A stretch of 64,000 nt of DNA from an uncultured bacterium (GTDB lineage: Bacteria > SAR324 > NAC60-12): positions 128,001 to 192,000 of the forward strand of contig CBFIGY010000002.1 in the NCBI GenBank assembly GCA_965662235.1, given 5' to 3'. Of this stretch, positions 37,588-47,701 are shown piece by piece. The notes beneath the pieces were generated by a model. The model saw only the letters and a list, made by a program, of their open reading frames with translations, was not told where the DNA came from and made no database searches. The position numbers and the translations under genes are program-made. Each line of letters opens with the position of its first letter. The stretch's first letter is position 1.

Positions 37588-38310
37588 ATGACCCAGATGC
37601 TGAACTTTGAAAACGTTGAGTTGTACTACGACCACGTCTATGCACTCAAGGGCGTTTCACTTGAGGTCAACCACGGGGAAACCGTTGCCCTCATCGGGGC
37701 CAACGGAGCAGGGAAGTCGTCCATCCTCCGCGCCATCACCGGACTCGCCCCAATTCAATCCGGATCCATTCACTACCTCGGCGAGCGCCTCGACGGTCAG
37801 TCCACGGACGGGATCGTCAAGAAGGGCATTGTCATGGTTCCGGAGGGACGTCGCGTGTTCCCGTACATGTCCATCAAGGACAACCTCCTCATGGGCGCCT
37901 TCACCCGGACCGACAAGGGAGAGGTTGAAGAAACCCTAGAGAGCGTCCTGCAGCGCTTCCCACGCCTTCGGGAACGGTTCCAGCAGCAGGCCGGAACCCT
38001 CTCAGGAGGTGAGCAGCAGATGATGGTGATCGGGCGGGCCCTGATGGCCAAGCCCCGGTTGCTTCTGCTGGATGAGCCCAGCCTCGGAATTGCGCCCAAG
38101 CTTGTTCAGGAAATCGCCCGGTCCATTGTGGCCATCTCGCGAGACGAGCAGGTGAGCGTGCTCCTGGTGGAACAGAACAGCCGGATGGCGCTTTCCATTT
38201 CCAACCGGACCTACGCGCTCTCAACAGGCTCAGTGGTGCTGGAAGGTGATTCCAAGGCCCTGATGGGAGATGACCGCATCAAAGCCGCCTACCTGGGAGC
38301 AGAGCTGTAA
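37588..38310 (+). CDS. LivF-like ABC ATPase
   Basis: GANGAGKS, VPEGRRVF, LSGGEQQM, LLDEPSLG, VEQN. Confidence 0.93.
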   Translation: MTQMLNFENVELYYDHVYALKGVSLEVNHGETVALIGANGAGKSSILRAITGLAPIQSGSIHYLGERLDGQSTDGIVKKGIVMVPEGRRVFPYMSIKDNLLMGAFTRTDKGEVEETLESVLQRFPRLRERFQQQAGTLSGGEQQMMVIGRALMAKPRLLLLDEPSLGIAPKLVQEIARSIVAISRDEQVSVLLVEQNSRMALSISNRTYALSTGSVVLEGDSKALMGDDRIKAAYLGAEL

Positions 38311-38313
38311 GCC

Positions 38314-39030
38314 ATGAGAATCTTTGTCCTCAATCCCAACACCACCCACAGCATGACGGAGAAGATCGGTCATGCTGCTCAGCGTACGGCGTCTCCTGGC
38401 ACCGAAATCATCGCCCAGACCTCCCGGTTTGGTCCGGAGTCCATTGAGGGCTACTACGATGAAGCCATGAGCCTGGCCGGACTCCTAGCGACGCTGCGTG
38501 AGGCTCCGGAGTACGACGCGGTGGTCATTGCGTGTTTTGACGATACCGGGCTAGATGCTGCTCGTTGCCTGACCGACAAGCCAGTGGTTGGCATTGGTGA
38601 AGCGGCCTACCACATGGCGTCCCTGCTGAGCAACAAGTTCTCTGTCATCACCACCCTCGGACGCTCCGTCCCTGCCCTTGAGCACAACCTTGCCCGATAC
38701 GGACTCGATCGACGCTGCGTCCGGGTGCGCTCTTCCGAAGTGGCCGTGCTGGAATTGGAACAGGAGCACTCCAACGCCTATCGACGCATTGAGGCGGAAA
38801 TCCAGCGGGCGGTGGAAGAAGACCGGGCGGAAGCCATTGTGCTGGGCTGTGCCGGCATGACGGACCTCACAGCCTCTCTTTCAGAACGCTTCGGCATTCC
38901 GGTGCTGGATGGCGTGGCGTGTGCTGTGTCGCTCTGCGAGAGCCTGGTTCGGCTGGGCTACCGGACGTCCCGGGTTGGCGGATACGCCTTTCCGCCGCCC
39001 CACAAACGGGAGCTCCCGAGCGCTCATTGA
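38314..39030 (+). CDS. Asp/Glu/hydantoin racemase family (allantoin/hydantoin racemase-like)
   Basis: LNPNTT, IACFDDTG, IVLGCAGM (two catalytic Cys), PVLDGV. Confidence 0.88.
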   Translation: MRIFVLNPNTTHSMTEKIGHAAQRTASPGTEIIAQTSRFGPESIEGYYDEAMSLAGLLATLREAPEYDAVVIACFDDTGLDAARCLTDKPVVGIGEAAYHMASLLSNKFSVITTLGRSVPALEHNLARYGLDRRCVRVRSSEVAVLELEQEHSNAYRRIEAEIQRAVEEDRAEAIVLGCAGMTDLTASLSERFGIPVLDGVACAVSLCESLVRLGYRTSRVGGYAFPPPHKRELPSAH

Positions 39031-39091
39031 CGGGCGTTTTTCCGGCTAGACGCCTCCGGTTGGGAGACATTTTCCCATGTCGCTGAAGCAC

Positions 39092-39817
39092 TCAGCCGGA
39101 TGCGTCTTCAGGCCGTGGCTTCTCGGCCCTCAGCATCTCCCGTTTCCGCCCATACCCCGGAAGCTTCTGGAGGTGAAAGCCGACCGACTGCAGCGTCCGC
39201 CGCACGGTTCCCGCCACCGTGTAGGTTGCGGCACTGCCTCCGGGCGCCGTCAGACGGAAGACCGACCGGAGCACGTCCTTGGCCCACAGGTCCGGATTCA
39301 CCCGGGGACTGAAGCCGTCGAGGTACCAGGCTTCCACCGAATGTGCCGGCCAGTGTGCCAGAGCAGAGGACGCCTCTTGAAAATCCACCGACAGCTCCAC
39401 CCCTTCCCAGCAGGCCTGCCAGCGACCCTGCGGGACCTCCGGATAGGCCTGCACCAGTGCCTGAGCCTCTGCCGCCAGCTCTGGCCAGAGTGCCACCACC
39501 GACGCCAGCTCCGGACGCGTCAGGGGGTAGCGTTCCACTGAAGCAAACCGCAGCGTCCCCGGACGTCCCTGCTGCCGCCAGGCCTGCCAGGTCGCTAGAA
39601 AGTTCAGCCCGGAGCCAAACCCGAGCTCGCCGATGCACCCCACTGGGCCGTGGTGCCAGCGGGACACCAGCCGGTTTCCTCCCAGAAACACATGCCGTGC
39701 TTCCTCCAGTCCGTCCTCCCGGGAGAAGTACACGTCTCCAAACCGGCAGGACACCGGAACTCCGTCTTCCCAGCGAACGGTGGCTTCGGGCATTCCTCTG
39801 GCCTTCTCAGTTTCCAT
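39092..39817 (-). CDS. mnmD: Stand-alone tRNA mnm5(s2)U34 methyltransferase (MnmC N-terminal domain)
   Basis: FGDVYFS...EARHVFLGGN, ELGFGSGLNF, WYLDGFSP..NPDLW, ATYT, GYGRKREML; no FAD oxidase domain follows. Confidence 0.88.
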   Translation of the reverse strand: METEKARGMPEATVRWEDGVPVSCRFGDVYFSREDGLEEARHVFLGGNRLVSRWHHGPVGCIGELGFGSGLNFLATWQAWRQQGRPGTLRFASVERYPLTRPELASVVALWPELAAEAQALVQAYPEVPQGRWQACWEGVELSVDFQEASSALAHWPAHSVEAWYLDGFSPRVNPDLWAKDVLRSVFRLTAPGGSAATYTVAGTVRRTLQSVGFHLQKLPGYGRKREMLRAEKPRPEDASG

Positions 39818-39924
39818 TGGGAATTCCTTGCAATAGTCCTTACACTCAGGACATCCTAGCAGGCACGACTCCGGCAGGTCACCCCGTCGCGTCCTGAACC
39901 TTCTTTTGCTGTGACAAACTGAAC

Positions 39925-41136
39925 ATGACCGAACCTTCTGCTCCTCCCCTGTCTCTCAAGCGACGCAAGGCGCTCAAGCTCCTGGGTAGCGCCGCCCTGA
40001 CGGCCGCTGTGGGCCCGTGGATCCGCCCCCGCTCAGCCTTTGCACAGACCTCCGGAGAGGTCAATGTCCTCACCTGGTCCAACTACTGCCCTCCGGGATT
40101 CGTCAAGGCCTTTCAGGAGGCCTCGGGCATCACCCTCAACCTGATCACTGTGAATTCGGACCAGGAGGTGTTCGAGCGGATGCAGGAAACCCGGGGACGC
40201 GGCATTGACGTCTGTAGCCCCTCGCACATGCTTTCCATTCAGTGGGAAACCGTGGGACTGCTGCAGCCCATTGACTACACCCGCTTGCCCAACATCCAGA
40301 ACCTGAACCCCAACATGCTTTCGGTCGGCGACTCTGACTGGAACTTCGGGGAGAACGGACCCCACTGGATTCCGCACATCTGGGGAACAGAAGGCATTGC
40401 CTGGCGCCATGACCTCTGGGAGCCGGATGCTGCACAGATCAAGGACGCCACGGGAACCACGCGACCCCAACCAAGCTACGGGGACCTCTGGCGCCCGGAC
40501 CTGCAGGGGCAGGTGATGATGCGTCCCTTCTCCGGAATGGTAGGGACCGGGCTGTACCTCGAGCAAACCGGTGAGCTGTCTCCCGGCGACATGGCCTACT
40601 CCTACAACGATGAGAAGATCATGCGCCCCATCTGGGACAAGCTGACCACCTACTGCATTCGGAACAAGCAGCAGTTCAAGCGCTTCTGGACCGACACGCC
40701 CTCTCTGAAGGCGGGTTTTGCCCAGGAAGAGATCATTTTGGGGCAGGTGTGGGATGGACCGGTGCTGACGCAGGCGTTTGAAGGCCTTCCCCTCACTTAC
40801 CGGGCGCCCATAGAAGGCGCACTGGCGTGGGTCCGGGGGCTCAGCCTTTCCGCGTATGCTGAAAATGAGGAGCAGGCCTATGCCTTTCTCGACTTCTGTT
40901 GTGATCCGGAAATGGCAGGACGCTCCATTGACGGAGGAGACGTCGCGGACTGGGGCATGCACGGCTACAACTCCGCGGTTCTGGGAGCCGATCAGTTTAC
41001 CACTGAGTCCTACGGCAAGCGCTTCGACCAGGTCTTCCCGGGCAAATCCCTCTACCAGGTCTGGCCCTGGCCCCGGGAGCCCCAGTGGTTTGCAGCCGCC
41101 CGAGCCGAGTACCTTGCTCGTTTCATGGCCGCCTGA
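39925..41136 (+). CDS. Orphan PotD/PotF-like ABC substrate-binding protein with a Tat-type signal
   Basis: KRRKALK signal; VLTWSNY, WGTEGIAW, WDGP, EGALAW. Confidence 0.82.
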   Translation: MTEPSAPPLSLKRRKALKLLGSAALTAAVGPWIRPRSAFAQTSGEVNVLTWSNYCPPGFVKAFQEASGITLNLITVNSDQEVFERMQETRGRGIDVCSPSHMLSIQWETVGLLQPIDYTRLPNIQNLNPNMLSVGDSDWNFGENGPHWIPHIWGTEGIAWRHDLWEPDAAQIKDATGTTRPQPSYGDLWRPDLQGQVMMRPFSGMVGTGLYLEQTGELSPGDMAYSYNDEKIMRPIWDKLTTYCIRNKQQFKRFWTDTPSLKAGFAQEEIILGQVWDGPVLTQAFEGLPLTYRAPIEGALAWVRGLSLSAYAENEEQAYAFLDFCCDPEMAGRSIDGGDVADWGMHGYNSAVLGADQFTTESYGKRFDQVFPGKSLYQVWPWPREPQWFAAARAEYLARFMAA

Positions 41137-41141
41137 CCGGT

Positions 41142-42029
41142 TTAGGCGGAGCGACGCAGCACCACCCAGCTTCCGGCCACAATGAGGAGGACGCCCAGCC
41201 ATTCGCTCCAGGCCGGAACCGTTCCCCAGATCAAGAAGCCGAACAGCAGCGTCCACCCCAGCTTCGTGTAGATCAACGCCGCAACAGACGTTGCAGTCGT
41301 GTCCTGCGCCTGATACGACCGGACGAGGCACTGACGAGACAGGAACAGCAGGAACGCTGCTGAGAGGAACGACAGCTCCAGACGCGTCCAGAGCTCTTGG
41401 AAGTCAATCATCAGCCCCATCGCAATCAGGACCATCAGGGGCTCCCAGAAGATCAAAGCGGAGGTTGGAATCCCCTCCCCAATGCGCTTGACCAGGATCC
41501 ACCGGAACGACGCCGCAAACAGAGAGAGCAGCATGAACAGGTGATACTGCCACTCGCCCACGCCGTTCCACTCCCCCTTCACCAACAGGAGCCCGCCCAT
41601 CAGTCCTAGGGCCAGGCCCACTCCGAGCGCTTTCGGAGGCTGCTCCTTCAGCATCACAATCGCCAAGGCCCCCATTACCAGCGGGGACAGCAGACTCATG
41701 GCCCCGTACTCGAACATGGACAGGCCAATCAGGGAGTAGACAAACCCTGTCCAAGCGACCAGCGTACAGAGCGAAATGACCACCAACGGCTGCCAACGCT
41801 TGGGCGCCAGACGCCGCAGGGAGCGCTTCTGCACCCCCTCCTGCAGCGCCGTCAGGAGCATGATCAGCGACGCTGTGGCAAAGTTGATCTCCTTGAAGTC
41901 ATACGCGCCCAGCAGCCACTTCTCTGCGGCAATGTTGGAGGCCAGCAGGAAGTACCCGAGCAGGGTCCAACCGGTCACCGGAGTCAGGTTGAAAAACGAT
42001 GGGCGCTTGAGGGCGAGAGCAGAAGACAT
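41142..42029 (-). CDS. DMT/EamA-family transporter
   Basis: Multi-TM protein with LSPLV...LKE and YTKLGW...WGTVP...LGVLLI motifs; start moved to ATG 42029. Confidence 0.8.
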   Translation of the reverse strand: MSSALALKRPSFFNLTPVTGWTLLGYFLLASNIAAEKWLLGAYDFKEINFATASLIMLLTALQEGVQKRSLRRLAPKRWQPLVVISLCTLVAWTGFVYSLIGLSMFEYGAMSLLSPLVMGALAIVMLKEQPPKALGVGLALGLMGGLLLVKGEWNGVGEWQYHLFMLLSLFAASFRWILVKRIGEGIPTSALIFWEPLMVLIAMGLMIDFQELWTRLELSFLSAAFLLFLSRQCLVRSYQAQDTTATSVAALIYTKLGWTLLFGFLIWGTVPAWSEWLGVLLIVAGSWVVLRRSA

Positions 42030-42297
42030 AAGGGCATGCCGAAAGAGGAGGGAGGCATCATCACAGAGCGTCACTCTACTGCGGATCTCAGGGGGATACA
42101 ACGGAAATCTGGAAAAACCCCGACTGCTGGAAAATGAGCATCAAATTCTCAAATTCCAATCAAACGCTAACAATTGACTTGCATCCTACACGAGCTTTTG
42201 AAAACATCCCGCGGTCGCTACATGTCGGGGTAGCAGACTCTTTCTTGGTTCCAATTCGGACAAGCGGATTCCGACAAAACTATTCTGGAGAAGCACG

Positions 42298-44367
42298 ATG
42301 CCTCACAGTAATATCTTTCACCGAACCAGCAAGGGCTTGGCTCTGTCAGGGCTGCTGCTGGGACTGACCTCCTCTGCCTGGGCCGCCTGCCCCGCAGTGA
42401 CTGTTGCGGATATGAAGGGGGTTGCCCCTGGAAAGTATCCTCAGCAATTTGAACTGAGCACCTTCGAGAAGAATGCCAGCTGCGAGCTCTCGTTCTCAGA
42501 GAACCCAGACATCAAAGCGCTGAACGCCCGCATCCGGGGCAACACTCAGAATCTGCCTTCGGTCGAGGATCGGCTTCCAGAAGAGCCGCTGGTCGTGGCC
42601 CCCTATGAGGCCATCGGCAGTTACGGCGGCACCTTCCGTGCGCTCTCCAATGCAACGGAAGCCGGCACCTCCGACTTCCTCTCGGTCCGGCACGTCAACC
42701 TCGTCCGCTACTCCGACGACCTCGAGACCATTGTCCCGAATGTCGCCAAGGACTGGGAGTGGAACAGCGATTACACCGAGCTGACCTTCTTCCTCCGCAA
42801 GGGCCACAAGTGGTCCGATGGCGCCCCCTTCACGGCTGAGGACATCAAGTTCTGGTACGATGACCTGAACTTTGACACCAACGTGGTGGAGAAGCCCAAG
42901 GACTTCCTGCTCGTCGGCGGAGAGCGGATGCAGGTGGAAGTGGTCAATGAGACCACCGTCAAGTTCATCCTTCCGGCTCCGAAGCCTGGACTGCTGGCGC
43001 ACTTTGCCACCAGCTACGCCCAAGGCTTCCAGCCCAAGCACTTCTTGGGTCAGTTCCACCCGAAGTATAACAAGGATGCCGACAAGATGGCGAAGGCCGC
43101 TGGCTTTGAAAACGGCTACGCGGTCATCAAGGCCTACTACGGAAGCTCCGACTGGACCGACACCCCGTCCCCGCTGCTGAACAGCCCGGACAAGGTGGGC
43201 AAGTTGCCGGCAGACGTGGTGCCGACTCTGGAAAGCCACATCTACGTCACTGACACCACCGAAGGACGGCACCTCGTCGCCAACCCGTACTTCTTCATGG
43301 TGGACACCCAGGGTCACCAGCTGCCTTACATCAGCGAGCAGGATGAGGTCTACATCAACGACCACGAAGTCCGCAAGCTCAAGGCCATGAACGGCGAGAT
43401 CGAGTACAAGGCTCAGTCCTTCAAGCTTCCGGACGCGCCGTTCCTGCTGGACGGACAGGACAAGGGAGACTACTCCGTCTACCTGAAGCCGGCGATCGCC
43501 ATGCCGACCTTCTCCTTCAACGTCACCTCGGAAGACCTCGAGAAGCGCAAGGTCTTCGGTGACCTCCGCTTCCGTCAGGCGATGTCCCTGGCCATCAACC
43601 GTGATGAGCTGAACGACGTGGCCTTCCTCGGACTGGGCACGCCGCAGCAGTACATTGGCTTCTCCCCGGCACCGAAGTTTGTGGACGCGAAGTGGAAGAA
43701 CCACTACATCAACTACGATCCGGCAGAAGCCAACAAGCTGCTGGACCAAGTTGGTCTGAAGGACGTGGACGGAGACGGCTTCCGGGAACTGCCCAACGGC
43801 AAGAAACTGGTGCTCAACATGCAGTTTGCCACCCAGGGGATGTCCTCGCAGCTCGCCGAGATGGTGGCTCAGTACTGGAGCGCCGTTGGCGTTCAGGCCA
43901 CCACCAAGGAGGTCACTCCGGACGAGTACCGCTCCTCTCAGTCGTCCAACAAGCTGGACGTGGGCATGTGGGAAAAGGGTCAGCCGATGGCCATCATCCT
44001 CGGCAACGCCGAGCTGTTCATGCCGCCGTTTGAGAACTACTTTGCTCACCGCGCTGGAATGCTCTGGGCCGAGTACGTTGAATCCAACGGCTCCCAGGGC
44101 GTGAAGCCTCCGCAGTATGTCATGGACATGATCAATGACATCAACGCCTTCCAATCGGCAGCCCCGGGCTCTGCAGAGTCCAACCGCCTTGGCGCACAAC
44201 TCGTTGAGAACATGGCCAAGCACCTGCTGTTCATCGGTACCGTCCTAGGTCCGGAGCCCATCTACCGCTCCAACAGTCTGAAGAACTTCCGGGAGTTCCA
44301 GACGACCTCTTACGAGTACTACCGCACCTTCCCCTACCGGGGTCCGCAGTGGTACCTGGCGAATTAA
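42298..44367 (+). CDS. Family 5 (Opp/Dpp-like) ABC substrate-binding protein
   Basis: LPSVEDRLPEEP, YGGT, LRKGHKWSDGAPFTAEDI, FRQAMSLAINRDE; signal peptide. Confidence 0.9.
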   Translation: MPHSNIFHRTSKGLALSGLLLGLTSSAWAACPAVTVADMKGVAPGKYPQQFELSTFEKNASCELSFSENPDIKALNARIRGNTQNLPSVEDRLPEEPLVVAPYEAIGSYGGTFRALSNATEAGTSDFLSVRHVNLVRYSDDLETIVPNVAKDWEWNSDYTELTFFLRKGHKWSDGAPFTAEDIKFWYDDLNFDTNVVEKPKDFLLVGGERMQVEVVNETTVKFILPAPKPGLLAHFATSYAQGFQPKHFLGQFHPKYNKDADKMAKAAGFENGYAVIKAYYGSSDWTDTPSPLLNSPDKVGKLPADVVPTLESHIYVTDTTEGRHLVANPYFFMVDTQGHQLPYISEQDEVYINDHEVRKLKAMNGEIEYKAQSFKLPDAPFLLDGQDKGDYSVYLKPAIAMPTFSFNVTSEDLEKRKVFGDLRFRQAMSLAINRDELNDVAFLGLGTPQQYIGFSPAPKFVDAKWKNHYINYDPAEANKLLDQVGLKDVDGDGFRELPNGKKLVLNMQFATQGMSSQLAEMVAQYWSAVGVQATTKEVTPDEYRSSQSSNKLDVGMWEKGQPMAIILGNAELFMPPFENYFAHRAGMLWAEYVESNGSQGVKPPQYVMDMINDINAFQSAAPGSAESNRLGAQLVENMAKHLLFIGTVLGPEPIYRSNSLKNFREFQTTSYEYYRTFPYRGPQWYLAN

Positions 44368-44460
44368 TCGTCTGATGCCAGCAGGAGCGTTTCCGGCGCT
44401 CCTGTCATGAGTTACGGAGGAGGACTTCCTCCTCCGTCCATCCTCAACTCCAAACCGGAT

Positions 44461-45468
44461 ATGCTGCAATTTGCCCGCTTCACGCTGACGCGGGCCGTGA
44501 TGGCCTTGCTCACCTTACTCATGGTCTCCTTCATCGTCTTTACGCTGATGGAGATGGTTCCTGCCAACTGCGCAGAGCGGTACCTGGCCTTCAAGAACAC
44601 GCAGGGTTCCCAGATCACCGTTGAAGACATCCGGGCGGAAGAAATCCGGCTCGGCTTGGATCAGCCCTTCATCATCCGCTGGGGAAAGTGGGTGACCAAC
44701 GTCTTTGTGTACGGAGACTTTGGAGAAAGCTGCATCCTCCGGGTCAGCATCAACCAGTTGCTGGGAGAGAAAATCTGGTTCTCCCTTGGGCTCTGCTTCG
44801 TGGCCCTCTTCCTGGCGTACCTCATCGCCGTTCCCATTGGGATCATCTCTGCCACCGCCAACAGCGCTGTGGTCAACAACACCCTGAGGTTGATTTCCTA
44901 CCTTGGTCTGGCCATGCCCAACTTCCTGCTGGCTCTGATCATCATGCTCTTTTCCACCGTCTATTTTGGCGACACGCTCACTGGTCTCTTCTCGGCAGAA
45001 TTCCGAGACGCTGAGTGGTCGTGGGCCCGTTTTCTGGATTTCCTGTCCCACGCCTGGCTTCCCATCTTCATCCTCGGGTGGGGCGCCACCGCATTTGCCC
45101 TGCAAACCGTCCGGGCCCTCATTTCCGATGAGATCGGCAAGCTCTACGTGACAGCGGCCAAAGCCCGGGGCCTGTTTGGGTGGCGACTGCTGTGGCGGTA
45201 CCCGTCGAAGCACGCGCTGGGACCCATCGTTAACTCCCTGGGCTTCGACCTCAACCGGGTTTTCAACCAGCTTCCCATTGTTGCCATCATCCTGACCCTC
45301 ACGGAAGCCGGTGCCCTGCTGCTGGAAGCCCTGGCCCGCTCCAACGACCAGCAGCTTGCCGGAGCCATCATCTTCATGCTGACGGCGTCCATCGTCGGCC
45401 TCAATTTCCTCACCGATATCCTCCTGGCCCTGATTGATCCCCGGGTCCGGAAGAGCTTCATGGGATAA
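44461..45468 (+). CDS. OppB/DppB-like permease
   Basis: LGLDQP, GDFGES, AMPNF, YVTAAKARGL, LIDPRV. Confidence 0.9.
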   Translation: MLQFARFTLTRAVMALLTLLMVSFIVFTLMEMVPANCAERYLAFKNTQGSQITVEDIRAEEIRLGLDQPFIIRWGKWVTNVFVYGDFGESCILRVSINQLLGEKIWFSLGLCFVALFLAYLIAVPIGIISATANSAVVNNTLRLISYLGLAMPNFLLALIIMLFSTVYFGDTLTGLFSAEFRDAEWSWARFLDFLSHAWLPIFILGWGATAFALQTVRALISDEIGKLYVTAAKARGLFGWRLLWRYPSKHALGPIVNSLGFDLNRVFNQLPIVAIILTLTEAGALLLEALARSNDQQLAGAIIFMLTASIVGLNFLTDILLALIDPRVRKSFMG

Positions 45469-45470
45469 GG

Positions 45471-46682
45471 ATGACGACAGAAGCCACCATGAATGCCACT
45501 GTTCCAACCAACGCCGCTGCCAGCGAGCAGAAACGCAAAGAAGCCTACTTCACCGCCAGTCAGGGACAGCTGATCTGGGAGCGCTTCCGGCGCAACCGTT
45601 CAGCCATGATCGCGGGGTTCATCCTCCTGATCCTGATCCTGATGGGGTGGCTCGCGCCCTTTCTGTCTCCATACGACCCCACCATTGCTGGGCGCAACAA
45701 GGAGTACCTGAATGGCGCCCCGCAGGTTCCGATGTTCTGTGACCACAACGGCTGCTCCCTGCGTCCGTTTCTGCACACCCCAGAACGCACCCGCTCGGCC
45801 AAGACGAACTTCCGGTGGGTCACCACGATCAACACCGAGAAGCGCCGGTACGTGCAGTTCTTTGTTGAGGGCTGGCAGTACTCCTTCTTTGCCTTTGAGT
45901 GGGACCTGCCCGGCGAACTCCTCGACCTCCAGTTCCCAGGACTGCGCTTCAACACGCACCTCTTTGGCGTGGATCAGGGCGGCATTCACCTCTTTGGGAC
46001 AGAATCCGCAGGGAAGGACATCTTCTCCCGGACCATGCACGCCATCTGGACCTCCCTTGCCGTGGGGACAATCGGGGTCGTCATCAGCTTTGTGCTGGCC
46101 CTCATCATCGGAGGCGTGTCCGGATACTTTGGAGGGCTTTTGGACAGCATCCTCCAGATGATCACCGATGCCGTCCGGACGGTGCCAATCATCCCGCTCT
46201 TCATGGCGCTGGCGGCCTTCATTCCGGATGAATGGAGCTCTGAAACCCGATTCTTCTTCATCTCCATCATCATCGGCTTCATCAACTGGCCCACCCTGGC
46301 TCGTCGGGTCCGGACTCACCTGCTGACGGAGCGGAACCAGGAGTACGTTCTGGCGGCTCAGCTCTGTGGGGCCTCGCCGGCACACATCATCGCCCGGCAC
46401 CTACTGCCCAGCTTCACCAGCTACATCATCATTGACCTCGTCATCTCCTTTCCGTACATGGTGCTCTCTGAGACGGCGCTCAGCTTCATTGGTCTGGGCC
46501 TGAAGGATCCCGTCAACTCACTGGGCGCCTTGCTGCAGAATGTGACCAATGCCGACGTTCTGCTGAACTACCAGTGGTACTTCATCCCCACCATCTTCTT
46601 CATCCTGCTCGTGTTGACCTTTGTGTTTGTCGGAGACGGTCTTCGTGATGCTGCGGATCCTTACACGGAGCGTAAGTCATGA
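45471..46682 (+). CDS. OppC/DppC-like permease
   Basis: WERFRRNRSA, FGTESAGKDIFSR, EYVLAA...GAS, GDGLRDAADP. Confidence 0.9.
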   Translation: MTTEATMNATVPTNAAASEQKRKEAYFTASQGQLIWERFRRNRSAMIAGFILLILILMGWLAPFLSPYDPTIAGRNKEYLNGAPQVPMFCDHNGCSLRPFLHTPERTRSAKTNFRWVTTINTEKRRYVQFFVEGWQYSFFAFEWDLPGELLDLQFPGLRFNTHLFGVDQGGIHLFGTESAGKDIFSRTMHAIWTSLAVGTIGVVISFVLALIIGGVSGYFGGLLDSILQMITDAVRTVPIIPLFMALAAFIPDEWSSETRFFFISIIIGFINWPTLARRVRTHLLTERNQEYVLAAQLCGASPAHIIARHLLPSFTSYIIIDLVISFPYMVLSETALSFIGLGLKDPVNSLGALLQNVTNADVLLNYQWYFIPTIFFILLVLTFVFVGDGLRDAADPYTERKS

Positions 46683-47701
46683 GCGAACCGCTGATCGCTG
46701 TAGAAAACCTCAACATCCGCTTCAACACGGATGAAGGCAAGATCCTGGCGGTGGAGGACGTCAGCTTTGAAATCGCCTCCGGCGAGGTCCTCGGCCTGGT
46801 TGGAGAAAGCGGCTCCGGAAAGTCCGTCACAGCCAAAGCCCTCATGCAGCTCAATGCTGGCAACACCGTCTATGATCCCGACAGCCGCATCTGGCTGCAG
46901 ACGGAGTCCGGACGCGTCGATGTGCTTTCCTTCCGTAAGAACCGCGAGCTGAACCTGGTCCGGGGGGGAGCCATTTCCATGATCTTTCAGGAGCCAATGG
47001 CCAGCTTTGCCCCGGCCATCACCATTGGTGACCAGATGGTGGAACAGCTGCTCCTGCACACCAAACTCACCAAGAAGCAGGCCAAGGAGCTTTCCATTGA
47101 GATGCTGGAGCGGGTGGGCATTTCGGATGCGGCACGACGCTTCAATCAGTACGCGTTTGAGTTCTCCGGAGGCATGCGGCAGCGGGCGATGATCGCCATG
47201 GCCCTTTCCACCAAGCCCAAGCTGCTCATTGCCGATGAGCCCACAACGGCTCTGGACGTGACCATCCAGGCGCAGGTGCTTGACCTGATGAAGGACCTGG
47301 TCTCAGAGTTTCACATGGCCATCCTCTTCATCACCCACGACCTGAGCGTCATCGCCCAAACCGCAGACCGGGTCGCGGTCATGTACCTTGGACGCATTGT
47401 GGAAACGGGAACCGTCCGGCAGGTCATCCGGACCCCCCAACACCCTTACACGCAGGGACTGCTCAATGCCCTTCCGAAGCTGGAAGACCTAGGCCAGCCG
47501 CTAACCCCGATCCCTGGCGACATCCCCAGTCCCCTGGAGCGCCCGACCGGATGTGTGTTCCACACCCGCTGCCCCCAAGCCATGGCCGGAACCTGCGAAG
47601 CGTCTGCCCCAGCCCGAACCGAACTCGGTGGAGGCCACCAAGGCGCCTGCTTCCTGCTTGACCCCAGCACGGCCTCTGCTGCCTCGGAGACTCCCGCATG
47701 A
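46679..47701 (+). CDS. OppD/DppD-like ATPase
   Basis: [31 protein letters not shown]-terminal Cys cluster. Confidence 0.92.
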   Translation: MSEPLIAVENLNIRFNTDEGKILAVEDVSFEIASGEVLGLVGESGSGKSVTAKALMQLNAGNTVYDPDSRIWLQTESGRVDVLSFRKNRELNLVRGGAISMIFQEPMASFAPAITIGDQMVEQLLLHTKLTKKQAKELSIEMLERVGISDAARRFNQYAFEFSGGMRQRAMIAMALSTKPKLLIADEPTTALDVTIQAQVLDLMKDLVSEFHMAILFITHDLSVIAQTADRVAVMYLGRIVETGTVRQVIRTPQHPYTQGLLNALPKLEDLGQPLTPIPGDIPSPLERPTGCVFHTRCPQAMAGTCEASAPARTELGGGHQGACFLLDPSTASAASETPA

